Shown here piece after piece: positions 37,724 through 48,039 of a stretch of 64,000 nt of DNA (its first letter is position 1; the number at the start of each line of letters is the position of its first letter). The translations under genes were made by a program, and so were the position numbers. The notes beneath the pieces were generated by a model. The model had not been told where the DNA came from. It ran no database searches and was given only the letters and a program-made list of their open reading frames with translations. Source of the stretch: Dicyema japonicum (lineage: Eukaryota; Animalia; Dicyemida); the NCBI GenBank assembly GCA_011109175.1, contig RDEW01000041.1, positions 1 to 64,000 on the forward strand, read 5' to 3'.

Positions 37724-39546
37724 CAGGGATGGCCAACCGGTCGATCGCAATCGATTAATTTTTAACGAAACGATGCGATTGATATTGCGCAACTTTGTTT
37801 ATTTTCCCGTTTAATTTTCAATGATTTCACTGTCAAGGAAGAATTATTTGCTATTATACCTATGAAAGTTCAAAAGTTTTTGTATCTATAATTCTTTCAA
37901 CAGGTTTTTGTTATTATTTGAATATTACCGTTAATGAAAAAACTTGTGCCCATAACAAAGATAGTGCGCCTGAAAAATCAAAATGGATTTTTTGATTTTG
38001 TCCGAAAGACGTTCATCCCCGAATTTTTTTGCATATCATTGCATCATTCACCAACATGCATTATGTGAAAAAATGTTAAATTTTAACTATTTTATGCAGA
38101 CAGCCGTTAAAATTATTAATTCTATCCGTGACTAGGGCCCTACAAAGAAGATTATTTCGACCTTTTCTAGAACACCTAAATGCGAACTATAGCGATTTAC
38201 CTTTGCACGTGACACGAGATGGGTTAAGCAAGGATTAGTTCTCACTCGTTCAGAAATTTATTACCACATATTAAGATTTAAAAAAAAACAATAAAAATTA
38301 ATCCTGATTGGCTTTTAAACTTGGCATTTTAATTGATATTACCACAAAACTGAATCAGCTCAATAAATTCTTTCAAAATGAAGTTAGAATTGTGGATATC
38401 TCAAATCCAAAAAGAAAGTTACCCATTTTTTTAATATTGAAGATGAATTCACAAAACAACTTGTTAATAAAAATCATTATCTCAAAAAATTTGCTGTGGT
38501 ACTACAAAATAATAATAACGAGTTTAATCACAGATTTGGCGATTTCAAAAAAAAACTCTTTTATGCACATTCTTTGCTTCTCCGTTCATGGAGAGTGACA
38601 TCGGAAATGTTCAGAAGAATTTGGAAAGATTTTTGACGTTAATCCAAGAAAGATTCAAATAAAAATTATAAATCTAAAAATGACATTATTTTAAAAGTAC
38701 ATTCAAATTTCAGCATGTGAAAATTTATGTCTCCAGAAAAATATCCCATTTTGATTTATGCGGATCAACGAATTCTTTCGTGCTTCGGAAGCATCTATTT
38801 ATCCGAAACATCATTTTCCAAAATAAAAATGATAAAATCTCAATGCAGGACCCGTTTAACAGATGACCACCTTGGGATTGCATGAGAATAGCAATATGAT
38901 CATGAGTCAGAATTCGAAATAATTGCAAGAAAAATTAAAATGCCAAAGATCGCGTTAAATTTTTTATAAAATAATAAAGTATATTAGTTTAGAAAAATCG
39001 AAAACAAAAAGTCTCATATATTTAGTTAGAAAACAAAAATCGGCTTGACCATCAATGCCATCCGAAAAAAGACGCTCAGTCCCTATTTGTCATCCTGGCC
39101 AAGTCCCTTATCGTTAAATGGAAGAAGAGCATTGAATCAGGTACTCAAAAATTTGCCATTTTAGGCAACTCATTGAAAATTAAATCCGAGGTTGATGCTA
39201 AACGTGGATCCCACACTGAAGATCCCGTTAGAGTGAAATGCAGTCAATGCTGTCTGAGGCTCTTATAAAATAAAATTCTATTTTACTTTTCTATTTTATC
39301 CTTGGGGATTTAACTTATCTCTATTTTGTTTCTCTTGAGACAAAACTTAGTGGTTGTTTAATGTCTTCAAAGTGATAAATTGTCTCTTCAACCCGGACAG
39401 TATCAACGCCCCGGGTTCTTATGACATACGACAATAACTAATATTAAAAAATTGTTATTAAAATACAAAAAAGTGTATACAAGTCGATCGCCAGAAAATC
39501 GCTATATAAAAAGTAGCTCGCTATCGAAAAAGGTTGGCCACCTCTG
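37724..39546 (+). mobile_element. hAT (SPIN/Buster-like) transposon with both TIRs and a decayed transposase
   Basis: Left end CAGGGATGGCCAACC, right end GGTTGGCCACCTCTG. Motifs YHCIIHQHALC, ILIDITTKLNQLN and SCFGSIYLSETSFSKIKMIKSQCRTRLTDDHL. No matching 8-bp TSD at the two ends. Confidence 0.8.
39030..39270 (+). pseudogene. TCEA: transcription elongation factor TFIIS fragment inside the hAT ends
   Basis: KTKIGLTINAIRKK..ILAKSLIVKWKK, a 24-nt intron (39141-39164), then EDPVRVKCSQMLSEAL after two single-A corrections. TCEA1 has TRIGMSVNAIRK..LAKSLIKSWKK and DSVRLKCREML. Confidence 0.8.
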
Positions 39547-39639
39547 ACCTAACTAGTTGACTTTATTTGTCTTTCTCGTGATCCCGGGTTAATAAATAAA
39601 TATCACACATAAACGACTTATTAGTTTTTTTGACATCAC

Positions 39640-39840
39640 TTTATTCTTTTTCATGGTGGTAATATTCACTAGTGGACTTGGTCAGGCTGAAGGTAGGAAT
39701 CCCTTTCAAGAACTGTGTCGTGTCAGAGGGGCTCATCAGCTTATGGTGGGATCTGGTTGACGTGAATTGACTTTCTTTCGGATTCGAACCCAAGACAATC
39801 AGATCCGATGTCATCACCCAATAAGACTATAAGTTTATTG
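39640..39840 (-). mobile_element. tRNA-derived SINE-like element (family 3)
   Basis: A-box-like TAGTCTTATTGG (39818-39829) and B-box GGGTTCGAATCC (39780-39791); no cloverleaf; single copy in the window. Confidence 0.5.
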
Positions 39841-39994
39841 GTCGTTGCGTAAAATTACTTGGATTTATCAACGATATTTTATTATGCCAAAAATGAGAAC
39901 AATTTCAATATCTATTATTGATTTTGTCATGCCTGAATATATAAATTAATTAATTATTGCGTTCACTCTTTTCAAACTCTCTGTTCACGCTAGC

Positions 39995-40270
39995 ATCCTT
40001 TAACGTTCGAGGACTAAAGTCGTCGGTCAAAAGGAGGTCACTCTGCCATTAACGAACAAAATGCTGACCACGACCTTATCTTGCTTCCTTCGGACTGTCA
40101 CCACTACGGGATGGGCTTTGCGGTGGATATCAGACTCGGCAATATATAAAAAGAATATGGAAAGTGAATGACAGAATTTGCGTAATTCAATTGGAAATTG
40201 GATCTAACTCTACAATTACAATGTATATGCACCTACATCTCCAAAAGTCTCTAAAAACCTGGATGACTTT
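39995..40270 (+). mobile_element. RTE APE N-terminal fragment
   Basis: LASFNVRGLK, HYGMGFAV and WKVNDRICVIQL. Confidence 0.75.
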
Positions 40271-41244
40271 ATAGGTTATTGTGAATTTAATTTTAAAGCA
40301 AAAAATAATCGAATTAAAGTCCTCAATGAGGGTCTATTTATTAATGCTGTAACATACGAGGACGACGGAGTATGCACGGTAACAGGAGCCATTCAGGGTT
40401 TCCTTAAAAGAAGTATGGAAATGACATTGACCGTAGAATGTATTATAATATTGATATTTTAGATGAGCCTACTCAATACCATTTAACAGGAATTATTTTA
40501 AAAGTAAAGTTTCCGATAAGATTTCCTGTATTACGCACTCTAAGCCCCAATCTAATGTGACCTTGATGTAAATGGAGTGATAAAACCAGTAACATGAGCT
40601 GTGATAGCAGATTTACCATGAGGATATCAATACATATGACAGATTCACAATAACAGAATCATCATTAAATTCGAAAATGTGACAGACTCAAAATACAACA
40701 TTACATGCACAGCAGGACTTGATCAAAGGCAGATTATATTTCATAACTAAAGTAATCAATATAACCCATTTTAGATGTCCCTAATATGGATCCTCTGTTT
40801 GTTGTTGGATGTTTGGTCAAGTGGAAAGTAAGGAATCTAAATGCTGATATAACCCAATATTTCGTCACAATTGAGTCCCCTCATGTTTCAATTTTTATAT
40901 TTATTGTTCAGACTTCTATATTTGTGTCACTTAGTTCTTCTGCGAATAAACATGATACGCTATGTACATATGTCAGGCCAATATAATGTGAGTCTGGTCG
41001 CAGAGAATGCTGTAGGGAAATCAATCCCTGTTCACTCAACAGTCTTCATTATGCGTATTTTATGTGATTTTATTTAGTACCTCCAAGACCTGTTTATCAG
41101 AATATTGACTTTGTGGTCTCAATAGTTGGCCCCATGGCCATCGCTGTTTTTGGGATAATTGTCGCTATTATGGGTGTTTAAAGAAAAGAAATAAGGCAAG
41201 AAAAGGGAACAAAGTAAATGGGATCCAACATATTCCTACTTCAG

Positions 41245-41580
41245 TGAGCAAATGACTGACACGTTTTCAAGCACGAATCTTTTCAAATCGGTTCAGACAC
41301 CTGCTTCGAACGCGGAAAACCTAAAAATCAAGAAATATTCTTGCCTCGGAGACCGGTACCTATTTACCCCTGTTGCGGTCGAGTCATCGGGAGCCGTTGG
41401 TCCAATGACGGCTGAGTTCTTGCTCGAACACGGAGAAATGCTTGCCAGAAAGAAAAGGGATCAACGAGAAAGGTTATGGATGAGACAAAAGATTGGAGCG
41501 GCCATACTCCGAGGGAACTCGTTCGCGATCCACGCAGCCGGCTTCCTCAACTAACATTTGTTTCTTTGTTAACTAATTGT
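41245..41580 (+). mobile_element. CRE-clade 3' fragment
   Basis: Near-identical protein to the last 100 aa of 31114-31845, and shares the 3' UTR ACATTTGTTT. Confidence 0.9.
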
Positions 41581-42393
41581 TTTTAAAAAATATATATTGA
41601 CTCAAAAATCCTAATAATGGGCACATCACAGATCATGACAAATCACAGCATTAACAACAAGCTTTATTATAAAACAATGAGTGAGTATTAAGGTAAGATT
41701 AATCCACCATCCTCAACTATTAGCCAAAAACGATGTCGTCGATCAGTAAACCTATTAGATTGAAAGTCAAATATATTATCCATCCACCATAATTAATCCT
41801 TAATCTAAAACGCATATCTAAAATTTTTATCAAACTAATATAAGTCTGTGGGGAGGCTATTAATCGCAATACAAAAGAATAGTCTATTCTGGGAGGTATA
41901 AAGTCATTTCACAACAAAAAAGTTATTTAGTTATAATATTCTTAATTAATTGTAAGATAAGAATTACACCTCAAAAATATTAAATCAATATCCTGGGAGA
42001 GTACGTCATTATGCCAGTCATTTAAAGGGTGTCATTCTATTGTGGTCAACGATTATCTTTGGATAATGAAATGAAAAAACATCAAAGAAAAAACCAATAA
42101 GATTATAATTCCCCTTAATCTTTACAATCAATTAAATAATACTTTATAGCTTTCTTAAGCACTAATTAATATTATTTAAGAGGTCACTTAAAAATATAAA
42201 TTAATTTTGGCGGGGGTCTATAAAATACGTATACTTTAAAAATATGTGTAATATTAAATAATTTCGTAATTATTTAACATTAAATATTAAATAATTTAAT
42301 TTAAATAAAAATAAAATTAACATTTAACCCGTTTTTCTACGCCTTACGTTCTAGCCTAGTTTAATTTTCCATAAATCGTAGAAATTAGCCATC

Positions 42394-43070
42394 ATGTACA
42401 CTCCACTTACTTCAATTTGTTCCGAAGACCCCAATGTACTTAAATTAGCCTCTAATTTTTAGCTCCGACGTGTGCATCACAATTTGTTGGAGAGAGAACG
42501 AAGAAATAACCTTAAAGTCTCTTTCAATGAGCTGAGAGATGTCATCCCTTCACGAAATAGAAAAGTTAACTTTTTTACTCATGTTAGATGTCCCGGGCTC
42601 AGGTTTTGACAACAGCATTGGAATATCTTGCGTTTCTCGAACTTTCCATGGATAAATTGGACGCTTACATGCGGATGGTGAGCTCTTATGACGAGGAACT
42701 CTCTTCTATTCGTACGTCCCCCAATAATCCCTTAGAAACGTTTCCGTCAGAATATTCGGATTTGAAGGCAATATCTAAATCCGTGGTGGAGAATATAAAT
42801 ATCTCTGATGTGGATGATTTGGACCCAATCAACGGATTTTTCAAATATCAGAGGGAAATTGACATTGGACCTCGTAAAAGAAGCTTTGATGAGATGAAAG
42901 TAGACATTAGCCCACTTTATGAAATGCCACTGGATGGGTCATATTCTGATAATAATTGGATTGATGAGCCTTTTAAGATTATGGCGTTGAATAACGGGGA
43001 GTGCTTGTTTATTGACGATGATCCCTCTGATAGGGACATTCTCAATAGTATGCTAAATTTAGAAGATTAG
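42394..43070 (+). CDS. Myc/Max-network bHLH-ZIP factor, Max-like
   Basis: Introns 42436-42462 (27 nt) and 42565-42587 (23 nt) give RRVHHNLLERERRNNLKVSFNELRDVIPSRNRKMSRAQVLTTALEYL plus heptad L-L-V-L. Confidence 0.85.
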
Positions 43071-43404
43071 TTAGTTGTGACTTAATTTCATTAATAGTTT
43101 GTTTTTTGACGTAGTAATAACCGCATTTTATTAATTTACAAGGTTGTGTCCTCATTTGACTTTGTGGATTGGAAACTAATCGTTCGTGATTAATACAAGT
43201 GTCGGCATGTTGTGTCTTATTCTTTTTTGTTGACTGATGATGAGTAATCTATACGATTGTGGTTTCACTTTGGTGGGATTTAGCATATTATTAGAATATC
43301 CCAGGGTATTTATCTTACTGCTCCCATTTGTTGGCTTATTACGTGTCAAGGTTGTTTCAAAATCAATAGCATACATTCTGTAAATATTCAATTAAAGGGT
43401 TATG

Positions 43405-43600
43405 GCATTGAACACGCAATGAGAGTTACCCCTCATGATCGCGAGAGCCATCGTGGCATGCAAAGTCGCCCAATCATCTTATAAACTTTGACGTGCTGAG
43501 GCCAAGCAGGCTTAATAATCAAATTTCAGTAGGATTAGTCATAAGCTTAATGCATCAAATTAAAAAGCTCGTCTCCGAAAGATAGTGGGCACATCCACCT
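43405..43600 (-). mobile_element. CRE-clade 3' fragment
   Basis: LLGLSTSKFIR-LG..LAIMRGNSHCV. Confidence 0.6.
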
Positions 43601-43859
43601 ACTATGGCCATTCCTGAATGCAGTGGGAACCATCCTTGAACAGTCCAGCCATTACGTCTTAGGAATGGTTCTTTTACCCAAAGTCCAAATCGCTACAGAT
43701 GTTTTAAAAACGATTAGGGCAAATATTATTTTGGTTTTAAAAAATTCCAATTAATTTAACAATTAAAAAAATTTAATTAACCCATATATTTTATTTTTAA
43801 ATTAACCTAATTGTTAGTAAAAAAATTTGGGGGTTGACGTGAGTCATTGGGGATTATTT

Positions 43860-46083
43860 TCATTTATTTATTTTATTAACCCCAAAATAACGAGAAAGAG
43901 GATAAAAGTTATCGTCTAATTAAGTGATCCTGGTGTCTATACAAGTCCTTTTCCTGTTGTTATTCCATGATTGAGGGGATGTTTAGTGTTCTCCGTAGTA
44001 ACGAGGTGGACGTCTTTTTCGACGATCTCAATAGAATCCTGAGACATTGATTCTGTAAAACCTCCAGCTTAATCTGTGCCGATATTGATAAGGGGGGAAT
44101 CCATGCAGCACAGGCGTACTCGATACTAGGTAGAACAAATTGTTTGTATAGAAGTTCTAATGATGGGCGGGAAGATACTGGAGAGTGAGTGAAAGCCTTG
44201 AGAATTCCAATTTTCTTTTGGATCCTCGAGGTTACTAGGTCCAATTGATGGGTAAATGTGAGTAGGGGATCCAGGATGACTCCAAGGATTGAAAGGGTAT
44301 TCTTAATGGGGAGCGGGAAATTATACAATGTTATTCGTGGTGTTGCCCGTATTTCTTTTCGTGCTGAGGTAAACGTCATTACATGTGACTTTCCTGGTGA
44401 TATATTCAGGCGGTTCTTCAAAAACCATCAGGGTTAGTAGATTTTGAATGGACCGTGTCGCCTACTCGATTCTTCGATGTTTCACTGTGACCATGAGATC
44501 ATCCATATACGATAAAAGAATTGTGTTTTGGGTGGTTGGGGATTGTAGGTCAGTGATGAACATGTTGAAGAGCATTAAAGACAACGGTGATCCTTGTGGA
44601 ACTCCATTTGGAAGGTATCGCGGTTTTGATTTTTGATTGTTTGCCACCGTTGATGAAGTTAGCCAACCATGACTTGAAATTATGGTGGATCGACGTCGTA
44701 AAAATTTTTGGAACATTTATTCTTTCGACCATGGCCTGAAAGACGATCAGGTTTTTTGAATGTAATTTATGACTAATATTCACACAGTACTTCATAATGT
44801 CATTGGGACTTAGATATGGCTCTCGATGTCAAATTAAATGCGGAGAGCACTTCTTGAGGCTCTTTATCGATTCCCATAATACAGTGGGCTAAGTATTATT
44901 CGTAGCTTTTTTGACCACGGCTTCCCAACGTTTTCTGTTGTGTTTTGTGATGTTCCGTGATTTTTTTACTCAGTTTTGATTTCCTTTCAGTTACCTCCGC
45001 TGATTGTTTTTCGAATTTCTTCCAATTATTTCTCGTTTGGATTAGAGCTCGCGTTTCAGCATCAATTGGGTGTAATGAACGTTGAGGACGACTCATCGGA
45101 ATGTATCTTTTGCGAGCTCGGAGTATAATCTCGTTGAGCTATTTGACAGCAGCGTCAATAGACCTGAAGTTCTCTATCAGGAAGGCCTGGAGGTGTAGTT
45201 CTGTAAAATGTGTGAAGGCGGGTCATATTGCCTTTGAGAAGTTCACATTGGTTCTCGGAGTGTTCATTAACTTATGTTTTTGTGGGATCCTCATGAAGAT
45301 CGGGTTATGGTCTGTATGTCGTTATAACATCCCATGAAATAACAGCCGTAAGAAAAGGAGCGGCAAAAGAAATGTCTGGTGGAGTAGGGGAGTTACCTCG
45401 ACGGGAAGGGGTTTTGTGTGTTTGCTTGGATTATTGAGAATGATCAAGTCTTCAAAAGTGTCGGATATGAGGGTCCCCATTGATCCAGTTGTTGGTCAGT
45501 ATACCATTAGAACTTCTTGCATTTAGGTCACCGCCAATTAGCGTGTTTTCCAACCTGATGAATCGTTTGAGTTCGAGGTTGTAGCCGCTGGGGCATGACG
45601 GTGGAGGGGTATGTACATGTTGACAACTGTCAATTGGAGAAAGGCATATTTTGAAAGTTAGATGTTCCAGTGTTTCGTCTTGACGGAAGAGTCCGGAATG
45701 TCGTACGAGATATTTCTGGCCATTATATGCTTCCTGATTAGAGTAATAAGGACTCATCCCTTTCTACCTTTGTCATGTCTGAAAATAGAGTATCCCGGAG
45801 AGTTGGGGGTTGGCCATGGGTTAAGTTTCGTTTCTTGGAAAAGACCTATATCCATTGAGTGTTTTATGAGAAAGCGTTGTAGATCAGCAATTTTTGTTGG
45901 GATATCATTGATTTTAATTTGTAATATGACTAGATCTGGTCCAGGATTTTCCTCGACATCTCACAGGAAAGGAGTAGGATTCGACATTATCCGCGCGTCC
46001 ATGGTTGCGGGATGGGGAGTTTGCGACTCATTTCCAACACTTTAAGTGAGCGATGCTACCACGTAGGCGAGTCACACGCATTA
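43860..46083 (-). mobile_element. GIT-family LINE with 5' structured leader, 2A peptide, APE and RT
   Basis: DVEENPGP (45937-45960), then VILQIKIN..LFQETKL and GGDLNA; GVPQGSPLS..SYMDD; EYACAAW. The 3' end is CCAGGATCACTTAATT..GGGGTTAATAAA. Confidence 0.92.
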
Positions 46084-46249
46084 AATTGGGATTATAAAAG
46101 TACTAATTCGTCAAGTAATGCTTATATATTTTTGGTTTAGGAGCAGGGAAACCCACTTGGAGGAAAGGTTATTCACGTCAAGGAATACCAATCAGTTTTT
46201 GAAAAAGACACCCCGATCTAGTTCATCCGTGAAAAATTGAGGAGACACT

Positions 46250-47025
46250 TAAGACAATAGTATAGCTGCCTAGTTTCTTCCTACAATTTGTCCCGAAATT
46301 CTGGAATAATCTCCATGATGAAAATGATTTTTCTCATATGTCAGATGTGATATGACTCCCATCCTAGGGGATGCTTTGGAGACTTGGCCATTTTATCTCG
46401 CTCAAGTTCGGTAAGTTATCCATAATTTGAGCTAAGCGTTTACGGTGACAGTCAGGTGTCTGAATAATTTCAGTTGAACTAGTAAAAAACTAATGTGACC
46501 TTTATAAAGATACTTTAACTTGAGATCGAGATACTTAACCTAACCCTTATGGAGGACTTATTCACACAGAGATATCCAAGAATTTTGGGAATGACTCTGT
46601 ATCCCAGCTCTTTTTTCCTCAAAACGTGAAGAACTTTCTGTCCAAGGTCTCCGGAAACTCGAAATTATAAAAACATTTTTAAAGTCGAGGATCTAGCCAT
46701 CACAAGAATGTGCTACCCCTTATACAATCATTTCTTAAAGCCGACGGTGGAATATGCTGCGTCGCATGGGCTTATGAAATCTCGGTCTCAAGTTGACATC
46801 TAACAAACCTCTACTCAATTCTTCTCTCCCATCCTTGATCAAACGGCAATACAGAATAGTCGAATCTGATCGTTTCTTTCGATTTAGCGGTAAGAACCGT
46901 CGTAACACGTAAATTCAGGAAGAAACCTATGATAGAAAGCGTCTGGTTAAAGAAAAGTAGTGGGAACTATGGAGAAACAATATAAAAACCCTGTGTGCCT
47001 GATTACCAGGATCACTTAATTAGTT
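46250..47025 (+). mobile_element. GIT-family LINE 3' remnant
   Basis: PRILGMT and FLKPTVEYAAS; ends CCAGGATCACTTAATTAG. Confidence 0.65.
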
Positions 47026-47278
47026 GGTTTAACTCCTTTCTTGAAAATTAATAATTGGAAAAATTCCTTATATTATCTCTTTGACAAAATCCAAGTTCAA
47101 AGTCAGAAAAAGGCATTTAAAGTTACGAAACGATTGACTTTTTGATAGGTACCCTTTCCAATGTATCTGGAATCCGTAAGAACCAAGGGTCGTGTTTGTG
47201 TGGCTCGAGGGAGGAACATGGTGCCAAGTGAAGGTCTCCGTTGGAGAGCGCTGTGATTACCTAAGTCGCAGTAAAGGG

Positions 47279-47362
47279 CCTTGAACCCCAAGTAGTCACA
47301 GTAAAAGATCCTTGAACCCCAACTAATCACAATAAAAGGTCCTTGAACCCCAACTAATCACA
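47279..47362. repeat. 31-bp minisatellite, about 2.7 copies
   Basis: CCTTGAACCCCAA(G/C)TA(G/A)TCACA.. units start at 47279, 47310 and 47341. Confidence 0.9.
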
Positions 47363-47405
47363 TGTTATAAGAGTGATAAAAAACTAACACCTTCCATATA
47401 AAATA

Positions 47406-47970
47406 TTAACATTTGTAAATGAGTACACGATTGTTTACTTGAGGAATATTAATGGATATTATAGGCCATAGAACTGGGTGTTTAGTGTCATATATATCAT
47501 CAAATTTCATCCTCATTTGAGTCTCAACTTCATAAATAGTGTTGCCATAACTTCCATAGAGATTATTCAGTTCTTCTTTCCTCTCCTGTCCTGGGTTTGA
47601 CACTGGAGTAGCCTCACTGCGCACAATTTTGTATGAACCAACTAGAAATGAGCATTGGGACTACTTTGGTTCAGTTCTACAACTCGACTTCTTCCACAAC
47701 CTCACCTTTGTCAGGAAATGATGGGAACAGCTCTAGCATTTGATCATTCATGACTATTTCCCCACTTTTCTCACTTTCAGAATCTTCTAAAAAAATTTCC
47801 TGTGTGTTTGCATTTTCGTTTGTGTCCATCTGTTCCATCTGTCGATTTTGTTGAGTGATTAGATATTGATTGACTGATCTATTCGTCTCAAACCATTGTT
47901 GGAACTCTTCAACGTGTTTCCAATAGTCGGAGTATTTATTATGAAAATTAACACCAAGAAAAAAGAACAT
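47406..47970 (-). CDS. GEMIN8: Gem-associated protein 8 (SMN complex)
   Basis: YSDYWKHVEEFQQW (human YARYWQHYHQAMAW) and ERKEELNNLYGSYGNTIYEVETQMRMKFDDIYDTKHPVLWPII (human RRQAEMKRLYG..FDKHCDRKQPKYWPVI). The frame joins via introns 47677-47705 and 47642-47664. Confidence 0.8.
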
Positions 47971-48039
47971 TTTAAATTTGATTTAATTATTTATTAAACA
48001 ATTAAAATTTTATATTAATATAATTTGACCTCAATTGTG

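Larger units (their letters stand above)
37286..41244 (+). pseudogene. Ig-superfamily adhesion-like membrane protein (Ig domains, FN3, TM), disrupted by TE insertions
   Basis: Ig core VTCSVNP..LWLKDG..VGDYICKN (with TAA TAA at about 37480). A second Ig is cut by the hAT at 37724. Downstream are LFINAVTYEDDG, FN3-like YNVSLVAENAVGKS and TM VVSIVGPMAIAVFGIIVAIMGV. Introns are 23-24 nt. Confidence 0.65.

Noticed and set aside
39700-39745. CTGATGAG..GAAA in SINE3 (minus strand)
   Set aside because: The intervening sequence cannot form stem II.
43176-43391. AIDFETT resembling a DEDD exonuclease motif I
   Set aside because: No further Exo motifs, and the ORF is short.
45662-46045. 127-aa plus-strand ORF (similar cases at 31587-31835, 7574-7774 and 49703-50047)
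   Set aside because: Antisense shadows of retroelement ORFs.
47279-47362. Possible CRISPR array
   Set aside because: Contiguous tandem units without spacers, in a eukaryotic context with no cas genes.
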